Assembly (NCBI GenBank): GCA_036918135.1
Contig: JBALDB010000067.1
Span: forward strand, 32,001-96,000
Direction of reading: 5' to 3'
DNA: 64,000 bases
From: Nostoc sp.
GTDB taxonomy: Bacteria > Cyanobacteriota > Cyanobacteriia > Cyanobacteriales > Nostocaceae
Shown here: in pieces, positions 10,805 to 21,463 of the stretch
How positions within the stretch are numbered: the first letter of the stretch is position 1
How the letters are laid out: every line of letters begins with the position of its first letter
Notes under the pieces: model-generated
Told to the model about the DNA's origin: nothing
Seen by the model: only the letters and a program-made list of their open reading frames with translations
Databases searched by the model: none
Program-made: the position numbers and the translations under genes

Positions 10805-11542
10805 TCAATACGGACTAGCCGTAGGGCGCACGATAATCTCATTCACATCCACATCGTCTGGTTGCTCGATGGAAAAGGCGATCGCTTTGGCAATGGCTTC
10901 GGCCGGAAGTGCAATCCTACGAAATTCCTCCATCCCTTTGGCGGCTTCGGCATCAGCGATCCTATCGGCGAGTTCGGACTCGGTTACACCCGGCGAGATT
11001 ACTGTCACGCGAATGTCAGTACTTTCCTGCCGCAGCCCCTCACTAATCGCTAGTACAGCAAACTTCGTGGCTGAGTAAACGGCGCAGGTTGGCCATACAG
11101 TGTGTCCACCAATGGAGGATAGATTGACGAACTGACCGATCCCCTGGCGTTTCATCAGTGGTAGTCCGGCAGCGATACCGTTAAGTACGCCACGAATGTT
11201 CACGTCGATGGTCAAGTCCCATTCATCCACCTTCAGCGCTTCTAGTTTTGAGAGCGGCATGACACCAGCATTGTTGACGATGACATCAACGCGCCCGAAT
11301 TTACTGACGGCAAATTCGACAAAGGCTTGGAAGTCAGCGCGACGCGTAACATCGAGAGTCTGGTATTCTGCTGAGCCTCCCTCAGAGCGGATTGCGGCTA
11401 CAAGGGTTTCTAGCCGCTCTGTGCGCCGTGCGCCCAGCACGACATGGATACCCTTGCGAGCAAGTAAACGTGCTGTTGCCTCACCAATGCCGCTGCTCGC
11501 GCCTGTAATCAGTACGACTTTCTGTTGGTTGGTAGTCATCAA
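10805..11542 (-). CDS. SDR family oxidoreductase (YdfG-like)
   Basis: TGASSGIG, NNAG, YSATK catalytic motif, C-terminal IIVRPT. Confidence 0.92.
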   Translation of the reverse strand: MMTTNQQKVVLITGASSGIGEATARLLARKGIHVVLGARRTERLETLVAAIRSEGGSAEYQTLDVTRRADFQAFVEFAVSKFGRVDVIVNNAGVMPLSKLEALKVDEWDLTIDVNIRGVLNGIAAGLPLMKRQGIGQFVNLSSIGGHTVWPTCAVYSATKFAVLAISEGLRQESTDIRVTVISPGVTESELADRIADAEAAKGMEEFRRIALPAEAIAKAIAFSIEQPDDVDVNEIIVRPTASPY

Positions 11543-11808
11543 AGAATATCTCCAAGTTGTTGTACGTTTATCAATCAGTCGAGGTATTTAATAGTTCGAT
11601 ATTGTGTGGAACCTTTGATTGATGAGATGTCTAGCACACTCTTAATTTAAAAGAGTCAAAGTCTGCTGCGATCGTCTGAACCTGCGAAATTCTTGCCTAA
11701 TCCTGCATTCTTTTTATTGCCTACGCTCAATAGATAGACTGAAAAAAGTGGCTGAATATATTGCGACTGCTGTAAGTGTTAGTCTCAGAAAAGATTTGAA
11801 AGGAGATT

Positions 11809-12714
11809 ATGGAACAAACAGTTACAAAGCAGCACTATGAGCTTGCCGCTTTGATTGCACAGAACAGTGGCACAGATGGCGTCCATGCAACGGCGATCGA
11901 GCGATTGTTCCTAATTTGCTCCTCACAACCAACCGCGCCTCTCCATGCCCTGCATCAGCCTGCTCTGTGCATCGTCGCTCAGGGCAAGAAGCAGGTAATG
12001 TTGGCGGACTATGTGTATGTTTATGGTCAAGATCAATGTTTAGTGGTGTCCATCGATCTACCTTTGGTTGGTCAAGTGATTGAAGCGACGCCAACCGTAC
12101 CGTATCTATGCCTGCGGCTAGATTTAGATCCGGGAGAACTCAGTACACTAATAATGGAAGCAAAATTAGACGCTCCTGCTAACCAACGACCAGAACCGGG
12201 CTTGTTTTTAAGTTCTGTTAGCCCCCAACTGCTGGATGCAGCGATCCGACTTCTACGGTTGTTGGAAACCCCCCAAGATATTGCTATCCTCGCGCCTTTG
12301 ATTGTACGAGAAATTCTCTACCGTTTGTTATCAGGCAAACAAAGTGCGCGATTGCGAGAGATTGCCCTAGTTGATAAGCGTCTCCAGGGGATCGCTAAGG
12401 CGATCGACTGGCTCAAATGGAACTACGAAAAGCCATTTCGGATCGATGCGATCGCTCGTGAAGCCTGCATGAGTCCGTCGTCTTTTCATCATCACTTTAA
12501 ATCTGTCACTGCTATGAGTCCTTTACAATATCAAAAGCAACTTAGGCTTCAACAAGCCCGTCGCTTGATGCTAGGACAGGGTATGGATGCCGCAACAGCT
12601 AGTCATTATGTGGGTTATGAAAGCCCCTCACAGTTCAGCCGTGAATACAGCCGCTTGTTCGGCGCACCACCGTTGCGTGATATAGCTCGGCTAAAAAGTG
12701 GTCAACAAACATAA
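11809..12714 (+). CDS. AraC family transcriptional regulator (AraC_N + HTH, YqhC-like), divergent from the SDR gene
   Basis: PALCIVAQGKK, MSPLQYQKQLRLQQARRLM, VGYESPSQFSREYSRLFG. Confidence 0.92.
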   Translation: MEQTVTKQHYELAALIAQNSGTDGVHATAIERLFLICSSQPTAPLHALHQPALCIVAQGKKQVMLADYVYVYGQDQCLVVSIDLPLVGQVIEATPTVPYLCLRLDLDPGELSTLIMEAKLDAPANQRPEPGLFLSSVSPQLLDAAIRLLRLLETPQDIAILAPLIVREILYRLLSGKQSARLREIALVDKRLQGIAKAIDWLKWNYEKPFRIDAIAREACMSPSSFHHHFKSVTAMSPLQYQKQLRLQQARRLMLGQGMDAATASHYVGYESPSQFSREYSRLFGAPPLRDIARLKSGQQT

Positions 12715-12843
12715 AAGCGAGTGGGGAGTAGGGAAAACAAATTGATAAATAGAAAATAAATCAAAAATTATCCCCTATCATCTCTCGACTTTCTGAAATA
12801 AACATTGTACAAAAAAAATTAAACAGTACAGGATGTAAGTTAC

Positions 12844-13281
12844 ATGGGTCGAAAAATTAGCAAAGTTTTTAAACAGTCTGGAGTTATTCCTTATAGAGTT
12901 AACAATGGTAAAGTCGAAATCTTGTTGATTACAACTCGTAACCGTCAGCACTGGGTAATTCCCAAAGGAGATATTCCCTCAGGAATGAGTCCGCCCGATT
13001 CAGCAGCCAAAGAAGCTTGGGAAGAAGCAGGGGTGATTGGGCAAGTGGACGCGAATCAACTGGGCACTTATAAGTACCGCAAACAAGGCAAAGCTTACCG
13101 GGTCAAGATGTATTTATTACCAGTTGATATCCTGAGTGAAGATTATCCAGAAGCAACAAAAAGAAAACGTCAGTGGGTAGAAGTGAATCAAGCTATCAGG
13201 CGGGTTAAGTTTAGTTCACTCAGACGAGTCATGAAAGGTTTTTTTCAGGTCAAATCTTCCTCTTCTATATTTCGATGTTAG
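12844..13281 (+). CDS. NUDIX hydrolase (DIPP/Ap6A-like subgroup)
   Basis: WVIPKG...AAKEAWEEAGV Nudix box. Confidence 0.9.
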   Translation: MGRKISKVFKQSGVIPYRVNNGKVEILLITTRNRQHWVIPKGDIPSGMSPPDSAAKEAWEEAGVIGQVDANQLGTYKYRKQGKAYRVKMYLLPVDILSEDYPEATKRKRQWVEVNQAIRRVKFSSLRRVMKGFFQVKSSSSIFRC

Positions 13282-13286
13282 CCAGA

Positions 13287-13419
13287 TAAGTAGGTGGGTA
13301 GGAAAATTTATCGTTGAGATAAGGCAGGAGGCAGTTCTTGCTGGAGGCAGGAGGAAGGAGAATTTTAGTCTAGTTAATCTTTCTTCACATAGTTTGGTTT
13401 TATTATGCCGACTTCTTTA
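13287..13419. mobile_element. Degenerate MITE-like element with TAAGTAGGT-type ends and internal GGCAGGA repeats
   Basis: Left end TAAGTAGGTGGGTA, right end ATGCCGACTTCTTTA. The internal GGCAGTTCTTGCTGGAGG is shared (reverse complement) with the repeat at 10687. Confidence 0.5.
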
Positions 13420-13436
13420 TAGAAATACAGATTATT

Positions 13437-13467
13437 AAAAAGCCCTCCGAGCAATACAGGGGCTTTT
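13437..13467. terminator. Probable bidirectional intrinsic terminator between converging NUDIX and GH25 genes
   Basis: AAAAGCCC-loop-GGGCTTTT stem with A/T tails. Confidence 0.55.
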
Positions 13468-13578
13468 ATAGAAGCGGCTATTCTTAAAATCCAAGTTCGT
13501 ACCAAAAAAAGCTAGGTTTTATTTAGAGAGACTATGAAAATTTTGGGAATCGCTCTTACTGAGTAGAATTATCATAGT

Positions 13579-14382
13579 CTAAATCCAGAGTAAAGTTACC
13601 CAAGTTTTTATACCGACAATTCCATCAGCTTGTAATCCTTTAGATTTTTGAAAACTAACAATTGCATCCTTAACTAAATCAGTGAAATGCCCATCAATGG
13701 CATCAGTATATAAGCCAATATCTTTTAACTGCTGTTGTAATTGTTTTACTCTTAGTCCAGAATCTCCTAGCTGCAAATCATTAAATCTATTCAAATCGGC
13801 TCGACCACTAACACCAGCTACACCAGATACATCACCTTCAAATTGATGGATTAGATATTGCCCCTGCCAAGCACTAGGAATACTTGGGTTCTGAGTTCCG
13901 TAGTGGGCAATCCATAACGGATAATTAGCAAAATCAGATGGATTGCCAAGTTGTTGCCAGAAACTGGGGAAGGTATAAATAATCGGTTTAATTGGTTTTT
14001 GTGTTTGTTGTAAAAGGGTTTTTTCCACTTCTGCTAACCACTGCTTCGCTGCATTAATTACAGCTTGGCTACTTACTTTGTCTGTGACCTCTACATCTAG
14101 AACAGGTGGCAGGTCTCCTGGTTCTAATTTGCCCACAGTTTTTAAGAATTCCTTGGCTTGGTCAACCGGATTAGATGTATGTGGGTGAAAGAAATGATAA
14201 GCACCCCGAATAATACCAACAGCTTTCATGGTCTGCCAGTGATGAGCAAAAGCGGAATCTTTAATACTAGCTCCCTCTGTAGCTTTGACAAAGGCAAAGG
14301 TTTTACCAGAGTTTTTGACTGCTGTCCAATCTACTCTGCCGTCTTGATCGAAAACATCAATTCCTTGCATAAAATTTTTCAC
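13579..14382 (-). CDS. GH25 muramidase (lysozyme M1-like) with C-terminal peptidoglycan-binding domain
   Basis: GIDV, FAFVKATEG, RGAYHF, LPPVLDVE (DxE), YPLWIAHY. PG_binding_1 pattern VKQLQQQL...DG.F...AI..FQ..GL..DGIVG..TW. Confidence 0.92.
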   Translation of the reverse strand: MKNFMQGIDVFDQDGRVDWTAVKNSGKTFAFVKATEGASIKDSAFAHHWQTMKAVGIIRGAYHFFHPHTSNPVDQAKEFLKTVGKLEPGDLPPVLDVEVTDKVSSQAVINAAKQWLAEVEKTLLQQTQKPIKPIIYTFPSFWQQLGNPSDFANYPLWIAHYGTQNPSIPSAWQGQYLIHQFEGDVSGVAGVSGRADLNRFNDLQLGDSGLRVKQLQQQLKDIGLYTDAIDGHFTDLVKDAIVSFQKSKGLQADGIVGIKTWVTLLWI

Positions 14383-14470
14383 CTTTTACAACACTACAAT
14401 ACTGAACTTATCAGAAGTTCTAATCAAATTTATGCGATTTCCGAATATTTAAGTTAAGTACAGAAGTTTA

Positions 14471-15112
14471 CTAGGGTTGAGTACCAACAACTCGTACTGG
14501 AGTCACTCTGACTTTACCTGTACAAGGCATGATTTCTTCTGTCAGGGTAAAGTGCTGGTAAGCATTAGGAGGCGTGATTTGAATTTTAGTAGATGTTGGG
14601 CAGCGTTCCTCTGAGGAGCTAACGTGGTTGTATGCTATCTGAAATGAGGCTTGTGCCCCAGGAGCTAGAGTTACTTGTTGTCGAGGTTGTTTACTCGAAA
14701 AGTAAGTGTCCTGGGAGCGGAGAACTTTAACCCCCTCCAAAGGCCGATCTTTGGCATCCAATAATGCTAATCCCGGATAACCTTTTAGGCTGCAAGGGGA
14801 TGAGGCGTTATTAGTAAAGGCGTAGGTGAGTCCAACGTTGCCAACACCAGCATCTTCGGAGACTCGGCGGACTGATAATTGGCTAGTTTCACAGCGCGTC
14901 GGATTTGTGGCAATAGTGGCTTGAGGGGTAGAAAGCTCTGTAGTTTTTCCAGTCGCTGTAGGTGTTGAGGTCAATATAGTTTGCTTCGTTACCTGCTGGG
15001 TGCTTGCTGGCAAGGCTTGCGACTGTTTTGTAACAGAGGAAGAACCGACACAACCAGTAGTCATAGCAGTTAAAAGCAACAACATACTGCCTTCCAAAAT
15101 TAGAATTCGCAT
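14471..15112 (-). CDS. DUF4232 family lipoprotein
   Basis: Lipobox-like TTGC, Thr/Pro linker, C...QL, FTN....C.L.GYPG, VTLAPG..A.F. Confidence 0.75.
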   Translation of the reverse strand: MRILILEGSMLLLLTAMTTGCVGSSSVTKQSQALPASTQQVTKQTILTSTPTATGKTTELSTPQATIATNPTRCETSQLSVRRVSEDAGVGNVGLTYAFTNNASSPCSLKGYPGLALLDAKDRPLEGVKVLRSQDTYFSSKQPRQQVTLAPGAQASFQIAYNHVSSSEERCPTSTKIQITPPNAYQHFTLTEEIMPCTGKVRVTPVRVVGTQP

Positions 15113-15935
15113 ATCTTCTTTTTTTTGTAGTGAACTACTTACAATGATGCTTAATATACGGTGTAAGTTTCCAAATTCAACCTAATTCAAAATTATCTGT
15201 TGCTTTAATCAAAGCACTAATAATTCCTGGTTCACTCATTGAATACCCTGCATCATCAACCACAATAAAATAGGCTTCTGGAAAAGCAAAAGTAGAAATT
15301 AAAATCTACTCAATAAGTTTCACTAATTCTTAATAAAACGCATCATTAAAAATCATTCTATTAGTTAATATTTTATATTTGCTCTATTCTGGGGTATTTG
15401 ATATAAAATAAATGCTTAAATAAACTCTGTTAAATACTTTTCATAGATTCTATTACTATAGACTTTCTCTGATGACGATAACTTTCCTTAACTTTAGCAG
15501 ATTTAGTTTCAAAAACCTCAGATATCAAGCTTAATTTCTTGAATGTTTCGACAACAGTATTGAATTCATCTCATTGAATCTTGCTTTCATGCCAAGTAGC
15601 TTCTGATAACGCTGTTTATGCTTATCTTGTTTAATTTGTCAAGTTAAAATTATCTTAAATTTAGATGATTATATTCTGGATTTAGCGATCGCTTATTTTC
15701 TATCCATCTGACAAAATCAGATTGCTCCAGCTAAACTTTACCTCTTGTCAAAATTATAATTTGTAATTACTCTAAGTATGCTGTACTCTAAATTGAGTGT
15801 GCTTTGGGCGTGATAGTTTCAAAATATCATACCCATTATCCCCGACCTACAGAATGTATGTGGTTTCAAGTGATTTCTTGCTCTTTTTTGTCTGAAATTT
15901 AATTTTCGTACACGTTTATTCAAGAAGCCTCATAT

Positions 15936-17960
15936 ATGTTTGAAACAAACTTTTCTGATTTTGATGATTCGGCTTTGTCTACTGGTTTTCCCTCAAGTCA
16001 GGGTCTAGGATCAAACTTCATTCCTCACTTCTTGTCAGCTCAGGCACAGTTAGTAAATCCTCAGTCAATTGCCTTCGTCGATTTAAATATTCCTGACGCA
16101 CAAAAAATTCTTCAAAATTTAACTGCTGACGTCATTATTCCGCTTTCGCCTGAGCAAGATAGTATTACACAAATCACTCAGACGCTCTCTGATTATGACA
16201 ATCTTTTAGGGGTTCATGTTATTTCCCACGGTAGCTCTGGGCAACTGAACCTTGGGGATTCTCTAGTCAATCTTCAGACACTCAACAGCCGAAGTCAAGA
16301 TTTACAAACCTGGGGAGATGCCTTGGCGCCTGATGCCGATATCTTGCTCTACGGTTGTGATGTTGCGGCAGATACAGTGGGGAGTACCTTTGTTTCCAAA
16401 TTGGGGCAATTAACTGGGGCTGATGTAGCTGCATCGACAGATCTAACTGGGAATGTATCTCAAGGTGGTAACTGGGTACTGGAGTACGCAACTGGTGCAA
16501 TTGAATCTCCTCTAGCCATTAAGCCTTCACTTTTAAATACCTATAATGGGCTATTAGCTAGCTTTGATTACACGAATTTTGCCAGCACGAGTGGACTTAA
16601 ACTTAACGGTAGTTCAGCCCAGTTTGGTACTGCACTGCGTTTGACTCCAGCCTCTGCATCTCAGGCGGGTAGCGTTTTCTACACCACTCCGATTGCCTTG
16701 AATGCTAACACCTCCTTTCAAACCCAGTTCCAATTTCAATTGAGAGGTGGAACTCAAGGGTCGGATGGATTTACCTTTGTGCTGCAAAACAGTGCAGCAA
16801 AGGCCAATGCTAAGGGTAGTAGGGGTGGCAATTTAGGCTATGGCGGGACTTTCAGCCCTATTACTGAAAGTTTGGCGATTAAGTTTGACACTTATAAGAA
16901 TGGAACAGATCCTAACAACAACAACATTGCCGTGCTGCGAGATGGTAATGTGGATGCTGCGCTTGCAACCACTAGTACTGTTACTGATTCAAACTCAGGT
17001 ACACCAATCGATCTAAACTCCGGTGAGCCAATCAATGCTTGGATTGAATACAATGGCAAGACCGACAAACTGGATGTTTTCCTTTCCGAAAGTTCGACTA
17101 AACTTGCAACCGCCGAAGCAGCACTTTCCTACAAGATTGATTTAACTTCTGTTCTCGGTTCCCAAGCCTTTGTTGGCTTTACTGCTGGGACAGGATCTCG
17201 ATTTAATGCTCAAGATATTAACAGTTGGAAATTTACATCCAATAATGGTGGCTCAACTGATGGTGGCTCAACTGATGGTGGCTCAACTGATGGTGGCTCA
17301 ACTGATGGTGGCTCAAGTGGATTAATAGGCTATTGGAAATTTGAAGAAGCAGCAGGTAATACTGTTTTAGACAGTTCTGGCAAAAATAATAACGGATCGT
17401 TGATTAATTCTAGTAGAACGGCTGGGTTATACGGCCAAGCTCTTCAAGTGGCTGGAAAGAATAGCTCCCATGCCAGTATACCTGCTTCAGCTAGTCTTAA
17501 CTCTATGACTAATCAACTGACTGTCTCAGCTTGGGTACGTCCAAATGGTAAACCAGTGGGTTTTCATGCTGTTGTAAATAGACAGATTGGCACCCTTATT
17601 CATCCCGATCAATTCTTTTTAGGGTTTGGTTCGCGGAATAATGTAACTACCTATAAATGGGAGATGGGTACCACTGATGGTGAAGGTGATGTTTACAAAG
17701 GTACACCAGTTAGCGATCGCTGGGTACATATGGTAGGGACATACGATGGCAGTATGCTCCATCTATATGTTGACGGTGTTGAAATTGGTAGTAGCCCGCT
17801 TACTGGCAACATATTAGTAGATAACAATCCAGTAACTATTGGTGCAGCGGAAAACTATGCTGATGGGGCACCATTGGGCGATCGTTTCAATGGATTAATT
17901 GATGAAGTCCGCATCTATAATCGTGCTTTGAGTGCAACTGAAGTTAAGAACTTACCGTGA
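15936..17960 (+). CDS. DUF4347 + legume-type lectin + LamG/concanavalin-like protein
   Basis: HVISHGSSGQL, DILLYGCDVA, TGADVAASTDLTG...GNW.LE (DUF4347). LRLTP, DGFTF, AIKFDT, AFVGFTAGTG (L-lectin). W.HMVGTYDG..LYVDG, FNGLIDEVRIYNRALS (LamG). Confidence 0.85.
   Translation: MFETNFSDFDDSALSTGFPSSQGLGSNFIPHFLSAQAQLVNPQSIAFVDLNIPDAQKILQNLTADVIIPLSPEQDSITQITQTLSDYDNLLGVHVISHGSSGQLNLGDSLVNLQTLNSRSQDLQTWGDALAPDADILLYGCDVAADTVGSTFVSKLGQLTGADVAASTDLTGNVSQGGNWVLEYATGAIESPLAIKPSLLNTYNGLLASFDYTNFASTSGLKLNGSSAQFGTALRLTPASASQAGSVFYTTPIALNANTSFQTQFQFQLRGGTQGSDGFTFVLQNSAAKANAKGSRGGNLGYGGTFSPITESLAIKFDTYKNGTDPNNNNIAVLRDGNVDAALATTSTVTDSNSGTPIDLNSGEPINAWIEYNGKTDKLDVFLSESSTKLATAEAALSYKIDLTSVLGSQAFVGFTAGTGSRFNAQDINSWKFTSNNGGSTDGGSTDGGSTDGGSTDGGSSGLIGYWKFEEAAGNTVLDSSGKNNNGSLINSSRTAGLYGQALQVAGKNSSHASIPASASLNSMTNQLTVSAWVRPNGKPVGFHAVVNRQIGTLIHPDQFFLGFGSRNNVTTYKWEMGTTDGEGDVYKGTPVSDRWVHMVGTYDGSMLHLYVDGVEIGSSPLTGNILVDNNPVTIGAAENYADGAPLGDRFNGLIDEVRIYNRALSATEVKNLP
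17247..17316 (+). repeat. Perfect 15-bp tandem repeat, four full copies plus a partial of GGTGGCTCAACTGAT, encoding a GGSTD linker
   Basis: Read directly; lies between the lectin and LamG domains. Confidence 0.95.
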
Positions 17961-17999
17961 AATAGTTTACTAATCAAAGAAAACTAAGGTGTGGGGAAG

Positions 18000-18032
18000 T
18001 TTAGTTAGGGGATAATATTCCCTAACTAAAAA
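18000..18032. terminator. Probable bidirectional terminator between converging DUF4347 gene and pip
   Basis: TTTAGTTAGGG-loop-CCCTAACTAAA inverted repeat. Confidence 0.6.
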
Positions 18033-18127
18033 TCTACTGATGGCATTGATAAGAGGTTAAAGTAATTAGATTGTTATGACGATTATTACAGCCTAATACA
18101 AGAGAAAAATAACCACTAAAATCTATA

Positions 18128-19081
18128 TCAGCTAATTAAGTTGGCAAACTTATCTGTTGCTTCAATTAAGGCACTGCAAATTCCTGGTTCGCTCATTGAA
18201 TGTCCGGCATCAGGAACCACAATAAATTCGGCTTCGGGCCAAGCGCGATGTAATTCCCAAGCTGATATCATTGGGCAGACTACATCGTAACGTCCCTGAA
18301 CGATTACAGCCGGGATATGGCGGATGCAGTCAATATTTAAAAGTAATTGTTCTTCGGTTTCCAAAAATCCTTTATTCGTAAAGTAATGGCATTCAATCCG
18401 AGCAAAAGCTGAGGCAAATTCATTTTCACCAAACTTTTGCATCAGTTCTGAATCAAAAAAAAGTCTACTTGTACTAGCTTCCCAAATTGACCAAGCACGA
18501 GCTGCTGTCAGTTGAGTATCTAAATTTGGACTGGTCAAGCGTTTATAATATGCTGCAATCAGATCCTCACGCTCATCTATAGGAATTGGTTTTAAATATT
18601 CTTCCCAAGCATCAGGGAAAATATAGCTAGTGCCTTCTTGGTAGAACCAGCGCAACTCTTTTTGTCTGAGCATGAAGATACCACGAAGAATTAATCCCGT
18701 GCATCGAGAGGGATGGGTTTGACTGTAGGCTAATGATAAAGTGCTACCCCAACTACCACCAAAAACTGTCCATTTTTCTATACCTAAATGTTGGCGCAGT
18801 TTTTCGATATCGCTGACTAAATCCCAAGTAGTGTTTTCTCGTAATTCAGCATGGGGTTTACTTTGACCGCAACCGCGTTGGTCAAACATCACCAGCCGCC
18901 ATTTTTCTGGATGGAAATATTGGCGATAAAAAGGTGGACATCCACCACCAGGGCCTCCATGTAGCAAAACGATGGGTTTACCTTCGGGGTTACCTGATTC
19001 TTGAAAATAGATGGTGTGCAGGTCAGAAACCTGCAAATTTCCTTCTCGGTAAGGCTCGATCGCTGGATAAAGTTCTCGCAT
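18128..19081 (-). CDS. pip: Proline iminopeptidase
   Basis: MRELYP start, HGGPGGG, FDQRGCG, GGSWG nucleophile, QGRYD, DAGHS. Confidence 0.95.
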   Translation of the reverse strand: MRELYPAIEPYREGNLQVSDLHTIYFQESGNPEGKPIVLLHGGPGGGCPPFYRQYFHPEKWRLVMFDQRGCGQSKPHAELRENTTWDLVSDIEKLRQHLGIEKWTVFGGSWGSTLSLAYSQTHPSRCTGLILRGIFMLRQKELRWFYQEGTSYIFPDAWEEYLKPIPIDEREDLIAAYYKRLTSPNLDTQLTAARAWSIWEASTSRLFFDSELMQKFGENEFASAFARIECHYFTNKGFLETEEQLLLNIDCIRHIPAVIVQGRYDVVCPMISAWELHRAWPEAEFIVVPDAGHSMSEPGICSALIEATDKFANLIS

Positions 19082-19252
19082 TGTTGATTGTTGACTGTTG
19101 ACAGCCTGGATGTAAGATTTCACTTTCTCATTTAGGACTGCTATCTGGCGATCGCTTGGATCTGAGAAACAATTTCAGTAATTTGTGTCAGTACGCTTGA
19201 ATATTATTTATATAAAAGCTACCGTAGTCTTCCTGTCAAGGAATTTTAATAA

Positions 19253-21463
19253 ATGTGTCCAGTTGGTGTTCGTACTAGTCACTCAACTCATGTCTTAGAA
19301 ACTGGTTTAGCAAAGCTTTGGCTGATATTGGTGGGAGTAAACCAATATCAGGATGAGCAAATACCTTGTTTGCGTTACTCAGCAGTAGATTGCCAAGGTT
19401 TAGCAGAAGCATTAAATGCTGCAACTGGGGGATTTCCGCAAAAGGATGTCAGGGTTTACCATGATTTTGCTCACCAGCAGCCGCGATTAGAAAATATCCG
19501 TACTAGCCTCAAACAAATAGCTGCTGCGACTAAATCTATTGACACCGTTCTGTTTTATTTTTCGGGACATGGGATGCTAGAACCATCGACTCAGCAGGTG
19601 GTATTGTGTCTCCAAGATACTCAAAAAGACAACTTAATAGACACTGGTTTAAAGTTGCAGGAATTATTGCAATTATTAGAAAATTGTCCTGCCCAACAGC
19701 AAATTTTATGGCTGGATGCTTGTCATAGCGGTAGCATGACATTGTTTGGCGCTAGAGGAGAAATACCAATAGATCCCCAACTCAGTCCCACACAAGAGTT
19801 AGTAGAAATTCTGCGACAACGCGCAGCTAAGAGAAAAGGATTTTATGCTCTATTATCTTGCGATCGCTCTCAACAATCTTGGGAATTTCCCCAATTAAAA
19901 CATGGAGTATTCACTTATTTTTTAATTCGCGGATTGCGGGGAGAAGCTGCTGATTCCCAAGGTGTGATTGAAGCAGATGGACTTTATCGCTACGTTTATC
20001 ACCAAACTCTAGCATATATAGATAAAGCAAATCAGCAATTGCGAGTAATTAATCAGCTGAAAAAAAGCCGAGGTGAAGACCAAATTCATTCAGAATATCC
20101 ATCACAAACCCCTAAGCGAATCGTGGAAGGAATTGGAGAGGTAATTTTAGGAATTAAACCAGATAAAACAGTATCTACAAGACATCCACGACAAGCATTA
20201 GTTATAGAAGGATTTCCTCAGAGCAAGAGTGCTTTGGCTTTGAGTAAAATACTGAATACAGCTGGTGGCTTTGAGGTAAATTATTGGAATGTGAGCGAAA
20301 AAACCCCAGTTTCAGATGTTCGTAAAGCAATTCAAAAGTGTTTGCTGTCTGAATCATTTTGTGAATCACCTACCAGCGCCAATCTTTTAGAAGAAATTCC
20401 AACTGTATTTTTATATCTCCGAGGACAGATTCATGAAACAGAACAAGGAGAAGCTGTATTCATACTTTCTGATAATGTTGTAATCAATCGCTCTTGGTTG
20501 AGAAAACAACTGCGCCGCTGTCGTTCGCAACAAATTATTATCCTCGATTGTCCTTTGGTAAGCTATAGTTGTGTATCTCTCCGGGATTGGGTAGAAGAAC
20601 TGCAACTCGGACTAGACGCCCAACAATGTTTAATTGCTGCTGCGCCATCTTCGGAAAGTGAACGCTTTGTTTCTTCTTTAGTGGAAACTCTCAGTAGGGT
20701 AGCACAGCCTTCCGTCCCGATGATTCAACAATCTGGACTAACCGCAGCAGCTTGGATTACACAATTACAAATTGAATTGTCAGACATTGATATTCAATTA
20801 TATTTTTGGTTATTTGGATCTCAGGGTGTAATTGAAGTTTTCCCCGGAAAAACTTTGTTTTCTAGTGATAGTTCTGAGCAAAAAGCTGAAGATGTAGATG
20901 ATTTGAGTTCAGCAGTGGGTGTAGATTACACTCAGTTGCGAGATTTACTCAAAGCTGGGAGATGGTTGGAAGCAGATTGGCAAACTACAACTCTGATGTT
21001 GAAGATAGCTAACAAAGAAGAAAAACGCTATCTTGATTTAACAAGTCTGGAAAACTTTTCTGACAATGACTTGTGTACTATCGATAAACTTTGGGTTAAA
21101 TATAGTCATGGACGCTTTGGTTTCAGCGTTCAGAAACAGATTTGGGAGAGTATTAGAGATACTTCTGGTGGCGATCCCGTGCTGGCTTTGATGATTGGTA
21201 ATGATAATGTTGCAGCTTCTCAAACTTGTATTGATTTTGCCAATCGCGTCGGCTGGCGTTTAAAAGATTCCTGGATAGATTATACTCACCTAAATATAAA
21301 TGACGATGCTCCTAGTGGGCAGTTTCCTTACTTTGGTTTTTTTGAGCAAGTTTGGCGGCTAAAGGTATTAGGTGTTTGGGAATGGCATAGTGCGATTGCC
21401 ACAGCTTCATGGTGGCGATTATGTGTTGCTTTATTTTCTCACTTTCAGACTTGTCAAAAATAG
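19253..21463 (+). CDS. Caspase-family (C14) protease + degenerate second caspase-like region + GUN4-like domain
   Basis: LVGVNQY, YFSGHG, LDACHSG, HGVFTYFL. A middle region has LYLRG/IILDCP. C-terminal LSSAVGVDYTQLRDLL...W.EAD..T, IDKLWVKYS.GRFGFSVQKQIW (GUN4). Confidence 0.88.
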   Translation: MCPVGVRTSHSTHVLETGLAKLWLILVGVNQYQDEQIPCLRYSAVDCQGLAEALNAATGGFPQKDVRVYHDFAHQQPRLENIRTSLKQIAAATKSIDTVLFYFSGHGMLEPSTQQVVLCLQDTQKDNLIDTGLKLQELLQLLENCPAQQQILWLDACHSGSMTLFGARGEIPIDPQLSPTQELVEILRQRAAKRKGFYALLSCDRSQQSWEFPQLKHGVFTYFLIRGLRGEAADSQGVIEADGLYRYVYHQTLAYIDKANQQLRVINQLKKSRGEDQIHSEYPSQTPKRIVEGIGEVILGIKPDKTVSTRHPRQALVIEGFPQSKSALALSKILNTAGGFEVNYWNVSEKTPVSDVRKAIQKCLLSESFCESPTSANLLEEIPTVFLYLRGQIHETEQGEAVFILSDNVVINRSWLRKQLRRCRSQQIIILDCPLVSYSCVSLRDWVEELQLGLDAQQCLIAAAPSSESERFVSSLVETLSRVAQPSVPMIQQSGLTAAAWITQLQIELSDIDIQLYFWLFGSQGVIEVFPGKTLFSSDSSEQKAEDVDDLSSAVGVDYTQLRDLLKAGRWLEADWQTTTLMLKIANKEEKRYLDLTSLENFSDNDLCTIDKLWVKYSHGRFGFSVQKQIWESIRDTSGGDPVLALMIGNDNVAASQTCIDFANRVGWRLKDSWIDYTHLNINDDAPSGQFPYFGFFEQVWRLKVLGVWEWHSAIATASWWRLCVALFSHFQTCQK

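Noticed and set aside
13579..14382. Prophage, suggested by the endolysin-like gene
   Set aside because: No structural, terminase, holin or intact integrase genes nearby.
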